Origin: Octopus vulgaris
Taxonomy: Eukaryota
Length of the DNA stretch: 64,000 bases
Direction: 5' to 3'
NCBI GenBank assembly: GCA_951406725.2
Contig: OX597830.1
Location: 25,482,001-25,546,000 of the forward strand
Shown piece by piece: positions 27,250-39,768 of this stretch (position 1 is its first letter; every line of letters begins with the position of its first letter). A program made the position numbers and the translations under genes. The notes under the pieces are model-generated. The model was given only the letters and a program-made list of their open reading frames with translations. It was not told where the DNA came from and did not search any database.

Positions 27250-27645
27250 TTTTCTTGTGCTTCTTTCAGTCATCGGATTGCTGCCATGCTGGAGCACCAC
27301 CCTGAAGAGTTTAGTCGAACAAATCGACGCCGGTATTTATGATTTTTTAAAGTCTCGTACTTACTCTCGCGGTATCTTTTGCTGAATCGCTAAGTTACAG
27401 AGACATAACCCCCCCTAACATCAATTGTCACTTGGTGGGAGTGAGGACAAAGAAACACACACACACATATATATAGGACAGGCTTACGTACAGTTTCCGT
27501 CAATGAAATTCAATAACAAGGCATCGGTCGACTCCGGAGCTATGGTAGAAGACACTTGCTCAAGGTGGAACGCAGTGGGACTGAACCCGGAACTACGTGG
27601 TTGTAAAGTGAGCTTTTTAACCACACTGCCACGTCTACGCCTATG
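27250..27645 (-). mobile_element. SINE family B, diverged
   Basis: ccatgctggagcacc...gtagaagacacttgc...cagtgggactgaaccc. Confidence 0.8.
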
Positions 27646-28099
27646 CAAAATATTTTCTTCAGTATATCTTAATACAATCTGAAAACTCGGAAGAAAAGAC
27701 AGCTATTGTTCTTTTATTAATTATTCATCCGAAAAACATTTATATTACTCTCCAAATTGTATTAGTTTGTCTAAGTTGTCCCTTCCCCAGTGCTATAATC
27801 CTTGTAGTAGACCGCTTTATATAACAACGAACTCATCATCTTAAGTATGATGAAACACCACCTACATCGTTCTACCAAAAGTATTGCCATTCCCTCTTAC
27901 GAATTAGTTGTGAAATTACTTTTATAGAAAACAGGCGGCTGGTCTTTCCAGTAGCCCTTAATTATAATTAGATTTATATTTTAATATTTATATACTTGAA
28001 AAAAAAAAAAAAAAAAAAATATATATATATCATAGTCTTATTATCTAATACTATACGTACATACACATATATACACATATATATACATAATACATATAT

Positions 28100-28152
<53 letters not shown>

Positions 28153-28182
28153 CATATATCATCTTTTGAAAAAGTCATTAAC

Positions 28183-28218
<36 letters not shown>

Positions 28219-28440
28219 GATGGAGCTGGGGTCATCCAAGGTTAGTAGTCTTAGAGGTACCATATGGCGTAGAGCCGACCAGGACTTCCAGTGCTCACGT
28301 CCATCGCTGGCGATCCCGTGCCAATCCCTCTGCATCCTCCGAGACGACGCTGAACCTCTACGGAGTTTCCTTAATCATGTCCAGCTAGCTGATGCGCGGC
28401 CTGTCACGGGGACACTTCCAGCCCACTGCTGTTTCGTCGA
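28183..28440 (-). mobile_element. RTE LINE 3' end with (TAG)n tail
   Basis: Minus-strand GWKCPRDRPRI..LDMI...LARDRQRW, then (tag)n. Confidence 0.7.
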
Positions 28441-28784
28441 ACGAAAGTAAAGTCCTGAACGAAAGTAAATTCCTGGAAAATAAGAGTCTCCAAACTGCTT
28501 CCATAGAGAATTAAAATCAAATTATATAAGCTTAAAACCAACACAAACATTTTTGTATAATTCAGCAAAACTAAAAGTCTGTACTAGATAAACCATAGAT
28601 TCCTAAAACAACATGCTTAAAAAAGAAAAAGAATAACTTTGAAAATTTGTCACCGATGTAGATATTGAAGCCAAGGGCCGAGTTTGGAACTACAAAATCT
28701 ATAGTTCACTTCTAAGGGCCACGAAGACAATTCACACAACCTTAGAAAAATTATTGGCGTCATTAGCAAATACATTCTAGTCAC

Positions 28785-28925
28785 GCGGTCCTCAACCATT
28801 TTAATATCCAGGGCCAAATCTAAACCTTGGAATTTTTAGAGGGCCGCGCCCACCACCAAAAATGCAAGTCAATTAAGGAAAAAGTTATTGTATTTATAGA
28901 GAGATGACCGTTGAGGGCTGCCGGA
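28785..28925. mobile_element. Small hAT-like MITE
   Basis: cacgcggtcctcaacc / cgttgagggctgccg imperfect termini. Confidence 0.4.
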
Positions 28926-29023
28926 AGGATGCTTGAGTACCGTATGTGACCCTGGGAGCTGCCGCTGTTCTAGACTGTGTAATTCTTAAACTCTTCAGTT
29001 TCCTTAAAGGGTTAAAGAGTAAA

Positions 29024-29345
29024 GACTCCCTTGGGTCATGAATGACTATTGGATTGCACCCTAAGAAGTTCCCCACCAAGGTTGTTTGTGGAAGACCAGC
29101 AGTCGCCCATGTATGTCAGCCTCCCCTATTCACGTTACCAATGTTATCCAAGGGAAAGTCAAAGGCTAATACAACTTGGCACCTGTGACGTCGCAACTTA
29201 TTTCTATAGATGAGTGAAGTGGAGCAACGTAAAATAAAGTGTGTTGCTCAAGAACACAACACACAGCCCGGTCCGGGAATCGAACTCGCTACCTCATGAT
29301 TGTGAGCCCAACGCTCTAACAAGTGAACCATGCGTCTTCACATAG
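29024..29345 (-). mobile_element. SINE family C variant (ggtcatgaatgacc tail)
   Basis: Same variant at 51665-51990 and 55508-55832. Confidence 0.85.
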
Positions 29346-29467
29346 TTTCCCACTTATTCCTCTGAAATAACACTAATTCTGTGACTGATTGGTTTAAATT
29401 GTTCCCTACCAAAAGCAATCCAATTCGATATTTAAGTCTATTATCTCGCCTCTAGTTTTGACCGCGT

Positions 29468-29790
29468 GAAAGCGCGTGACTTGTTAGTGAGTGTCTTCGG
29501 CTTACGATCGTAGCATCGCGAGTTCAATTCCCGGCGACGTCTTGTGCCCTTGAGCAAGACACTTTATTTCACCTTGCTCCAGTCCTCTCAACTGGCAAAA
29601 ATGAGTTGTACCTGTAGTTCAGAGGGCCAGCCTTGTCACACTCTGTGTCACGTTAAATTTCCCTGAGAACTACGTTGAGGATATACCTTTTGTGGAGTCC
29701 CCAGCCACTTGCATGTTAATTTCACGATCAAGCTGTTCCTTCGATTGGATCAACTGAAACCCCGATCGTCGCAACCGACGAAGTACCAAT
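29468..29790 (+). mobile_element. SINE family C
   Basis: gagttcaattcccggc B-box, ttgagcaagacactttatttcac, tail cgtcgcaaccgacg. Confidence 0.8.
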
Positions 29791-30014
29791 GGTAGTTTTG
29801 ACGGTATTCATCTTCGAAAAACGACTCTCACCTATCACAGACTCTGGTTTTCAACATGAAATTATACACCAGAAAATTTATACTATAATTTGTTAAAAAT
29901 ATTCTGATGTACCTTTCGACATTTAGTATGGGATCCAGAGTTCAAACTGAACGATACACGCATATCATAAAAAAAATCGCACCCTAATTTTTTTTTATTC
30001 ATTCCCAAAATATT

Positions 30015-30411
30015 CTTTTCTACTCTAAGCACAAGGCTCGAAATTTTTGGGGAGGGAACCAGTCGATTAGATCGACTCCAGTAGGCAACTGTACTTAATT
30101 TATCGACCTCGAAAGGATGAACGGTAAAGTCGACCTTGGCGGAATTTCAACTCAGTACGTAAAGACAGGCGAAATACCTATTTCTTTACTACCCACAAGG
30201 GGCTAAACACAGAGAGGACAAACAAGGACAGACAAACGGATTAAGTCGATTATATCGACCCCAGTGCGTAACTGGTACTTATTTAATCGACCTCGAAAGG
30301 ATGAAAGGCAACGTCGACCTCGGCGGAATTTGAACTCAGAACGTATCGGCAGACGAAATACCGCAAAACATTTCGCCCGGCGTGCTAACGTTTCTGCCAG
30401 CTCACCGCCTT
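30015..30411 (-). mobile_element. Dimeric SINE family A with TSD
   Basis: Full monomer joined to a 5'-truncated monomer; TSD ttcattccc(a/g)aaatatt. Confidence 0.85.
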
Positions 30412-30439
30412 CATTCCCGAAATATTGTATATAGATGCT

Positions 30440-30862
30440 GACCTATTTGTTTTATTTGGTAATCATACTATCTTTCTCTTTCGTCGAGCCACTAATTTAG
30501 GGGATGTAAACACACCAACATCGATCGTCTTGCAATAGTGGGGGGATAAACACAGATACACAAAAACACACACATATATACGACGGGCTTCTTTCAGTTT
30601 CCGTCTATCAAATCCAATCACAAGGCTTTTGTCGGCCCGAAGCTATAGCAGAAGACACTGTGAGACTGAACCCAGAACCATGTAGTTAAAAAGCAAGCTA
30701 CTTACCACACAGCCACGCCTGCACGTATATATAGGGCTTCTTTCAGTTTCTGTCAACTAAAGCCCGAGACTATTGTAGAAGACCGTTGCCCAAGATTCTA
30801 CGCTGTGGAATTGAACCTGGAACCATGTGGTTGGGAAGCAAACTTCTTAGCTCAGAGCCACA
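30440..30862 (-). mobile_element. Two SINE family B copies
   Basis: gggcttctttcagtttc..aaccatgtggttgggaagcaa occurs twice. Confidence 0.8.
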
Positions 30863-32057
30863 CTTATGTTAAAACAGCAAAAGGGGAAATTCCGAAAAAA
30901 TATTCACGAGTTTAAAAAATTTAGCATTAATCATCATAAATGAGCTTGATTCTAAAGTCGTTATCATCTTTTCACTGAATCTTAACAATCTCCTGTTCAT
31001 CTACACAGAAAACACGAAGCACTGCATTAGAGCCACAACCATCGAATAAATATATATAAAAAGAAAAAAATTTAAGTCGCAACAATATCTCTTAAAACGA
31101 ACAAGTTTTTATAAGCAAGTTTTAAGTATAATAATGCCCTCAAACTAAGATTATCTGCCGAGGTACACCATATTGACAACATCAATTTGAAAACATTTTC
31201 CGATATTTTTCGACTCACTAATTTCATGATTAATAGGTTTTTGTTGTGACTGTGATTAATCGAATATAAAATTCGTTTAACTTTATATACTTGTACAAAG
31301 GTTCATGTATTTAATATATTTACCCTGGTTTTCAATATTTTAAATTAAAACCGCCTTATCGGCGGATGAGTTAGCACTGTTTGTACAGATCTAGATAATT
31401 AGTAATTTATTGTTGCAAGCGCTAACATTAAAGAGAAGAAATGCAGAACGTGCGGACTATTAGCAAAACAGCCAACCTGTGTTGCTCAGATAATGTTTGT
31501 TGTTAAAGAATGGATTAAAGTTTCAAACCAAGGTAACTCCTTTGATCTTTAATTTTCTGAACATTTCTCTCTCTGATCTTTATAATAAACATTATATCCT
31601 TGTTATAGCGTCTCTCTTGTTGTTTCTTTTTTTTTTATTACAGAGGAAGCATTTCTATGTGAATGGGCAGTTTGTGAAAGATTCTTCCGATGTAAGACCT
31701 GCCACATTCATTACCAGTTATATGATAGACAACGTCGCGATCGTAACCACACTTCCATGTTGTCAATGGGGTGACTGACTGGCATGCAAGTATTGCTATC
31801 AAATAAATGAGTCAAATTTTCGACAAGTATCTTCTCAAGGAATTTCCTGTCTGTACTAGTAGTATATTCAATCCCATTTCATGGATCTTGACGGTTTGCA
31901 ACCATCTGTCATTAATGTATAATTAAAATACAATTGCAGCTATCGGAATTTGAGGGTTATATTACTACGTTGGTATTTAGTGAAGGATGCTGGGTAGTCA
32001 TTGTCAAATAACATCCATTTCATTGGAACTCCTTAGTGTATGTAGCTGTGTTTTCTA

Positions 32058-32433
32058 CTTACTCTTTTACTTGTTTCAGTCATTTGACTGCGGCCATGCT
32101 GGAGCACAGCCTTTATAGTCGAGCAAATCGACCCCAGAGCTTATTCTTTGTAAGCCTAGTACTTATTCTATCGGTCTCTTCTGCCGAACCGCTAAGTTAC
32201 GGGGACGTAAACACACCAGCATCAGTTGTCAAGCGATGCTGAAGGGACGAACAAACACACAAACATATACGACGGGCTTCTTTCAGTTTCTGTCTACCAA
32301 GTCCACTCACAAGGCTTTGGTCGGCCCGAGGTTATAGTAGAAGACACTTGCCCAAGGTGTCACACAGTGGGACTGAACCCGGGACCATGTGGTTAGGAAG
32401 CAAGCTACTTAAAACACAGCCACTCCTGCGCCA
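32058..32433 (-). mobile_element. SINE family B, full length
   Basis: ggcgcaggagtggctgtg head to gaaacaagtaaaagagta tail. Confidence 0.9.
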
Positions 32434-32659
32434 ATGAAGGAAAAGGAATATGAGACACAAAGCTATAAGATTGCTCTAAAGAAACAAGACAAGGATTTCC
32501 CCCCCCTAAAGACATTTTAAATATTAAAGACTAAACATTCACAAACAAATCTAGAAGTAAGTATGGACGGATTGAATGGGAAAAGCAATAAGATTACAAA
32601 AGATGAAGACATGAGGTAAAAACATCGTTGCATCAGTCATGTATATATAAAATTTTTTC

Positions 32660-32968
32660 AGAAGGCACGTGGTTTAATATCTAGGGTATTCGGCTCGCGA
32701 TCGCACGGTCGTGTCAGCGCGTTGTCTCTGAGGCAAGACACTTTATTTCACATCTCCCCAGTCCTCTCAGCTGGCAAAAATCAGTGGTACCCGTAGTTCG
32801 AAGGGCCAACACTGTCACATTCTGTGTGACGCTAAATCTCCTTAAGAACTACACGAAGCATGCTCGTGTTTGTGGAGTACTCAGCCACTTGCTCATTGAT
32901 TACACAATTAAGCTCTTCCGTTGATCGTGTCAATTGGAGCCCTCATCGTCGTAACCGACGGAGAGTCA
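32660..32968 (+). mobile_element. SINE family C
   Basis: gaaggcacgtgg head, gcaagacactttatttcac, cgtcgtaaccgacggag tail. Confidence 0.8.
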
Positions 32969-33336
32969 GGATATAATGTCTTATTTCGTATCTAAGCGAT
33001 CTTGGCTCTATTAGAGAGAGCTGATCAGCAAACCTCCAAAGACAACTTTTCTGTAGAAGCTGACAATATCGATTTCTGTAGATACAAGACCAGTAGTTTT
33101 GAGGGGGAGGGGATGGGGTAAATCGTTACCAGCGACCTCAGTATTTGACTCGTACTTCATCTTATCGCACCCGGAAGGATAAAAGGTAAAGTTTGATCTT
33201 GGTGGGATTCAAAATTAGAAGGTGAAAGAAGAGCCGGAAGTAATACCGAAAGGTATTTTGTCCTACGTTCTAACGATTCTGCAAGATCAATTAGAAATAA
33301 TGGAGCGTATCGTCTGTGACTTTGAGTTTGAATTCG

Positions 33337-33339
33337 AGA

Positions 33340-33371
<32 letters not shown>

Positions 33372-33963
33372 AAAGGGAGAACGAGAGAGAGGGAGGGAGG
33401 GATAGGGAGAACGAAAGAGAAAGAGCGACAGAGATAGAGAAAGGGGAGAGAGAGAGAGAAGAGGGAAAAGAGTGGGAAAAGGAGAGAGAGAGAAGGAGAG
33501 TGAGAAAGTGATTGAAAGAGAGAGAGAAAGAAAGACAGAAATAGAGAAAGGAAAGGGGAGAGAGAGAAGAGGGAAAAAGAGTGGGAAAAGGAGAGAGAGA
33601 GAAGGAGAGTGAGAAAGTGAGAGAAAGAGGGACAGAGATAGAGAAAGAAAAGGGAAGAGAGGGGAAGAAAGAAAAAAGAAGGAAAAGAAAGAGAGCGAGT
33701 AGGAAAGAAAGAGAAACAGAAACAGAAAGAGAGCGAAAGAGTGGGAGAGAGAGAGAAGAGGGAAAGAAAGAATGTAAAAGAAGGAAAGAAAGAAAGGGAA
33801 AAAGAAAGACAGAAGGAAAAGGAGAGACAGAGAGAGCCAAAGAGCGAGAGAAAGAGTGAGAAAAAAAGAAAGAGACAGAAAGAGACAGAAAGAGAGAGAG
33901 AGAGTGAGGGGGAGATACAGAAGGGGAGAGAGAAACGGAGAGAAAAGGAGGGGAAGGAAAGAA
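33337..33963. repeat. GA-rich polypurine tract
   Basis: Direct read. Confidence 0.95.
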
Positions 33964-34186
33964 ACGTTTTGTTGTCGAGACGCTTCATTTTAACGACTGT
34001 GTTTATCGAAGACATTATTGAGCAAATTCATATATGCTAATTACCTACTTAGAAGACGTCAAGCATGACAATGTCGTTTACGTATATGGAGAAAATAGCG
34101 CAAGAATACAAGCTGTTAAGCGTAGTTCGTTCTAAGCTGGTCTATAATACGCAATGCAAAATAAATCAGACTTGATTCTGTATTAT

Positions 34187-34980
34187 TTTACTCTTTTACT
34201 TGTTTCAGTCATTTGACTACGGCCATGCTGGAGTACCGCCTTTAGTCGAACAACTCGACCCCAGGACTTATTCTTTATAAGCCTAGCACTTATTCTATCG
34301 GTGTCTTTTGCCGAACTGCTAAGGTACGGGGACGTAAACACACCAACATCTGTTGTCAAGCGATGGTGGAGGGAAAACACAGACACCCAAATACATACAT
34401 ACGTATATATATACGTATGTATGTATGTATTTGGGTGTCTGTGTTTTCCCTCCACCATCGCTTGACAACCGATGTTGGTGTGTTTACGTCCCCGTAACTT
34501 ATATATATATATATATTTATATATATGAGTAATGTTAAGACAACAAAAGAATGAATGAGGTCACGATAATATGTAAATAGAGGAATTTATCTGTAATATA
34601 ATATGTGACAATTATTCGGTTGCCATAATAAGACTCCGAGTTTCGGATGTCGGGGCGGAAACCTGCTTCAGCATCTCGTCAGTTATCGAGGCAATAAAAA
34701 AATGGTATTTGATTGCCTCGATAACTGACGAGATGTTGGAGCAGGTTTCCGCCACGATATCCGAAATTCGGAGTCTTATTATGACAACCGAATTTTCACA
34801 GATTATATTACACACACACACATATATATATGACGGGCTGCTTTCAGTTTCCGTCTACCAAATCCATTCACAAGATTATGGTCGGCCCGAGGCTATAACA
34901 GGAGACACTTGCCCAAGGTGCTACGCAGTGGGACTGAACTCGGGACCATGTGGTTGGGAAGCAAGTTTCTTACCACACAG
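34187..34980 (-). mobile_element. SINE family B split by an HHR-hairpin insertion and an inverted duplication
   Basis: Tail at 34187-34400, head at 34830-34980. Confidence 0.8.
34527..34811. mobile_element. Foldback element made of two divergent hammerhead motifs
   Basis: HHR(+) 34720-34780 gataa-CTGACGA-gatgttg..cgatatc-c-GAAA-ttcggag-TC-ttatt, mirrored at 34627-34687(-). Confidence 0.8.
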
Positions 34981-35100
34981 TCAAGGCCAGTTTTTTCTCA
35001 AAAGTTTTTCACCTATAGATCCCTTTCATTCCTATTTTATTCAGATTGGCCTTCTTAGCCAGTCGATGCTTAAAGAATCTTATATTCTTTTATTATTAAA

Positions 35101-35486
35101 CTAGCAGTATCGCCCGGCGTTGCTCAGGTTTGTAAGGGAAATAACTATAAAGCATCTTTAGAGAGTTATAGCCAAAAAAATAGCAAAAAAATGGAAAAAA
35201 AATGATGGTAAATTTTTTTGAGAGTAAAAAAAGGTTGAGTTGCGTCCCCTAGACAGTCTGTGGTTTGTTTTTTTTTATTCTCGACCCCATGTCGAATTTA
35301 TCGATTTTTTTCAGAACTGGGGGAACTTTTCAAAATTTTCGCTGCGTTAGTTTTGAATTATGACATTGGGCTATGTGTGTGTCAAGTTTCATCAGAATCG
35401 GTTGAAAGCCGTGGTCAGGGTGAGGGTACGAGAAAACAGACACACAGAAACACGCACAGACAAACTGCCGTTTATATATAGAGAGA
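35101..35486 (-). mobile_element. Non-autonomous Helitron
   Basis: Reverse complement starts TC and ends gagcaacgccgggcgatactgCTAG, inserted between A and T; 3' part shared with 60411-60808. Confidence 0.85.
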
Positions 35487-35779
35487 TATTATTAGGATAA
35501 TAATATTTAAAAAAAAATTCTTAAAATATTTTGTCAATTTATTGCAGATTAATTTTAACAACAAAATCATATCTAGATTCCCAAGGAACATATAGATCCC
35601 AGTTGATAATCACTGGCATAGATATATCGATATAGTTATTATATCGATAATGGTCAGGAGTTGGAGCTAGATGTTTGAGAATGTGAAGTGGAAGCAGAGG
35701 TTTTAAGAAACGGTTTGGTCTGTAATTATTTTGACAGGTGAGAGAGCAGGTACAGACGTGTGTGAAAGCGCGAAAGCGT

Positions 35780-35781
<2 letters not shown>

Positions 35782-35851
<70 letters not shown>
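35782..35851. repeat. (GA)n microsatellite
   Basis: Direct read. Confidence 0.95.
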
Positions 35852-35857
<6 letters not shown>

Positions 35858-36218
35858 GTGTGATAAATGTGTGTCTTATATTTACGTGGAGTGGTGGGGT
35901 TAAAAATATTTACACTGCTAATAATGTTCTTGGAGCTTGTGTGTGTTTGCGATATCAGTCTCTCCGCTTTGCAGAACATTTTTCTCTGTATTACTGATAT
36001 ATTAAACCAAGGTTTAATATGTATGTACGTACGTATGAATGTAATTACCATATATATATATATATATATGACAACATAACGTGACAGTCCCGTAAGGGAA
36101 TTACACCACTGCTGTTTAACCCTTGGAAGCATCGACGCTTCCTGTCGGACTTGACACATTTCCTGTGTCCTTATATTTGCGAAGGGGAGGCAAGCACCCC
36201 CACCAGCTAGGATTCACA

Positions 36219-36265
36219 CCTGAGAACATGCATGTTTCTGGGTCTGTACCCGTCATCAGCCCAGG
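36219..36265 (-). ncRNA. Type I hammerhead ribozyme motif (left terminus)
   Basis: Reverse complement cctggg-CTGATGA-cgggt acag accca-GAAA-catgcatg-TT-ctcagg. Confidence 0.88.
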
Positions 36266-36467
36266 ATAGTGAACCTGCTAGTTAAAATCTTTATTATAGG
36301 CACAATGGCCCGAATGAAGAGGGGACATTAAAATACAATACAGGACATGGGGTACATATAACAAAAATACAGAAAGGATGATATGAAATGAAATATTAGT
36401 AATGAATTAAAGGAAATGGCTTACGAGCCCCCCAAAGCTCGCAGTTTCATTTACAATTACAATTGTA

Positions 36468-37150
36468 CTATCTGGGGTGTTCGTCAGTAATGTAAACGAG
36501 TAATTCATCCTGTTCTATAACGCCGGGCAAACTATCATATCGAACATAGTGCGCTATGCACACAGCTGTATTTGTAAACAAATTTATTAATTTATTTACC
36601 GTCTCTTCATCCACAATTGCAGCCTTTATTTGGTTATCGCATATCCTCGGGTTCAATTTCACTCTCCTTAGATTTTTCATTATCGCTAATGTTTTCTCAA
36701 TTTCTTTATCCTTTTTGTACAACATTACAGCTTTGAGATTTCTTTCTTTTGGTCTTCCTCCTTCCTTCCTTACATGTTTTCAGACATTCTTCCACTTTTG
36801 TTGACCATTCTTTCGTTTCATCCCACGTTGAACCTTCACTCACTTTAGTTGCTGTATCTCTCCCTTCGTACGTTCGATCCTCTGTCTCGTCGGCAGACTT
36901 CTTTTTAGCTTTTTTTGGTCTTTGGGTGGTGATTCCACCCGTGTTCGCTTTCTATCCTCTTTTTCTTCTGTTCTTTCCTTTTCTTTCTCCTTCACTAACT
37001 CGTCGCCACTTTCCACATTATCTGTTGTCACGATTTCCTCTTCCGCTTGCAATTCCACATTCTCCTTTTTTAACTCCTCTGTCAAAGCCTCCATTCCTTC
37101 CTCCAGTGTTATCGTCTTCTCTTGTATTTCTCTTTGAGGACACACATCCT
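36468..37150 (-). pseudogene. 3' half of the ORF1-like gene (acidic/basic linker plus C-terminal domain), frameshifted
   Basis: ORFs 36840-37145 and 36468-36725; starts in sequence identical to the + arm just after the zinc knuckle. Confidence 0.7.
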
Positions 37151-38047
37151 GGCTGCAAACGAATTACAGTTGGAAGAAATAATTGTCGAGAAGGAAAATT
37201 TGAGGAAATACTACGACAGCTTCAAGAAGGAAGGGGACTGTCTGAGAGTTACACTACCTGAAGACGAAGTGAAAGAAGCGGCGAAAAAAATCATAACATA
37301 CAGAACATGGAATGTGGTCTCAAAGAAAATAGAAGTAGCAGAGGTGGAAGAGATTGAGAAATGTCTACAAGAAATAAAAGGAACAACTACCTTCTACAAT
37401 AGAGGTAGAAAATACGCTACAGTAGACGTTCGTTTTGAAAATGAAGACGAAGCGAAGAAGAACGCAATGACAGTGTTGAGATCGGAAAAATGGGTTCTAC
37501 TTCCTAGTTATTGTTGAAAAAGAGCAGTGAGGATAAGAATAAGCAAGATCCCACCGGAACTTGATACCGAAAGAATAGTAGCTGCAATAATCTACAACTG
37601 CAAAGAGAGCGTGGACATTCTTAGGGTGGAGAAGTCGAAAGAAATAAACTGGTGGGGTTATGCGGTGCAAGCTTCAGTCCACATAACCATGCCAGATTTG
37701 TATAACATCCCGGAGGAGTTGGTGTTCACCGACGAGACACGACTGAGTGTCGTGGTGGAGGGGAGACCTCCAGTGTGTTATAAATGTAAGAGCAGAGGGC
37801 ACATGAAGGATGTGTGTCCTCAAAGAGAAATACAAGAGAAGACGATAACACTGGAGGAAGGAATGGAGGCTTTGACAGAGGAGTTAGAAAAGGAGAATGT
37901 GGAATTGCAAGCGGAAGAGGAAATCGTGACAACAGATAATGTGGAAAGTGGCGACGAGTTAGTGAAGGAGAAAGAAAAGGAAAGAACAGAAAAAAAGAGG
38001 ATAGAAAGCGAACACGGGTGGAATCACCACCCAAAGACCAAAAAAAG
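37151..38047 (+). pseudogene. LINE ORF1/Gag-like nucleic-acid-binding protein with CCHC zinc knuckle (one in-frame stop)
   Basis: ORFs 37122-37517 and 37527-38108 are in the same frame, split by TGA; GRPPVCYKCKSRGHMKDVC = CX2CX4HX4C; RRM-like stretches upstream (inferred). Confidence 0.8.
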
Positions 38048-38098
38048 AAAAAAAACTAAAAAAACTATAATAAAGATTTTAACTAGCAGGTTCACAAT

Positions 38099-38145
38099 CC
38101 TGGGCTGATGACGGGTAAAGACCCAGAAACATGCATGTTCTCAGG
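38099..38145 (+). ncRNA. Type I hammerhead ribozyme motif (right terminus)
   Basis: cctggg-CTGATGA-cgggt aaag accca-GAAA-catgcatg-TT-ctcagg; stem I extends by ttcaca/tgtgaa. Confidence 0.9.
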
Positions 38146-38388
38146 TGTGAATCCTAGCTGGTGGGGGTGCTTGACTCCCCTTCGCAAATATAAGGACACA
38201 GGAAATGTGTCAAGTCCGACAGGAAGCGTCGATGCTTCCAAGGGCTAAACAGCGGTGATGTAATTCCCTTACGGGACTGTCACGTTATGTTGACAGTATA
38301 CAACCACTCTATCGCGCTCCACCACCGCTCATGTCTCTTTGAGACATTTAGAAATTCAATATTTCTAATTATATATATGACCTTATCC

Positions 38389-38425
<37 letters not shown>

Positions 38426-38809
38426 CACTTACATACCACCGCCACCATCACCACTACCACCACCACCACCATCACCATCCTCATCTTCCTCCTCCTCCTC
38501 CTCCTCCTCCTCCTCCTCCTCCTCCTCATCATCACTACATCATTTTTTCTTCACTCACTAAAAGATTGTTTATACCTTCCAGACAGTAATAAAAGCAATA
38601 AATCTACTACCCCCTCCCTCACATTCTCCCACTCTCTCTCCTTTTCTTTCTTTCTTTCTTAGCAGACATTTTGAAGCTGATTAAATAATTATTGACGTGT
38701 TGAGTTATTTGTTTGTCAGTAAGGTGTGTAATGTATGAGGACAATATTGTGTGTGTGAAGGTGGGTGGGTGGATGCTTGAGGGGTACGGTATAGGGTGTG
38801 GTGAAGAAG

Positions 38810-39480
38810 GAGGGAGACGGACAAAAAGGGAGGGAGAGAGAGAGAGAGAAGTGAGACAAGAAATAGTGCACAAGAAAGCGAAGAGAGAGAATGAGAGACA
38901 GAAAGAGAGAAAGTGATAAAGAAAGTGAACAGAGAAAGAGAGAGAGAGAGGGAAAGAGAAGGAGAGAAAGTGAGAGAAAGAGAGAGGGAGGAGAATGTGA
39001 AAGAATTGTAGTCGGATAATGAAGTTTTAGGCGCGCTGAAAGCGAGAGGAGTGGGAGAGAGAGGGAGAGAGAGAGCGAGGGAGAGGGATGGAGGGAGGAG
39101 GTAGGTAGGGAGAAGGAGGAAAGGAGGGCAGGGCGGGAGAGGGAGAAAGTGTGGAAGGGAGAGTGAGAGAAAGAGAAGGAGCGAGAGGGAGGGAGAAGGA
39201 GGGAGAGGGAGGGAGAGGGAGAGAGAGAGTGGAAGGGAGAGGAAGAGAGAGTGAGAGAAAGAGAGGGAGGGAGAGGGAGGGAGAGGGAGAGAGTGGAAGG
39301 GAGAGGAAGAGGGAGTGAGAGAAAGAGAAGGAGGGAGATGAAGGGAGAGGGAGGGAGAGGGAGAGAGAGTGGAAGGGAGAGGAAGACAGAGTGAGAGAAA
39401 GAGAAGGGAGGAGAGGGAGGGAGAGGGAGATAGGAAGAAGGAGGGAGAGAGAGAGGGCAGGAGGAGAATGAGGCAGAGAA
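38810..39480. repeat. GA-rich polypurine tract
   Basis: Direct read. Confidence 0.9.
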
Positions 39481-39768
39481 GTGTGAAGGATGGGGGAAGA
39501 TGCCAACTTATTGATTATTAGTATTTGCCTTAAACCTCTGATTTTTTTTTTCTTAAAGCAATCATTAAGAATAATCTTCATTTGCTTGTTGATTTCTTGT
39601 TGTTGCTGTTGTTATTGCTGTTATCGTTGTTGTAGTTGTTCCTGCTGTTATTGCCATTGCTATTGTTGTTGTTGTTGTTTCTTGTTGCTTCCATTATAGT
39701 GCTTACTCTCAGAGTTATTGTTACCGTTGTTCTTGCCATTCTTAGTTATTATTATTATTATTATTATT

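Larger units (their letters stand above)
36069..38295. mobile_element. RT-less element with ~230-bp HHR-bearing inverted termini and an ORF1/Gag-like cargo
   Basis: 36069-36299 is the near-identical reverse complement of 38065-38295; internal ~36905-37150 is the reverse complement of ~37807-38047. Confidence 0.9.

Noticed and set aside
33157-34040. 227-242 aa Leu/Ser/Phe and Arg/Glu ORFs (also 39027-39581, 58638-59114)
   Set aside because: Translations of GA/TC low-complexity tracts
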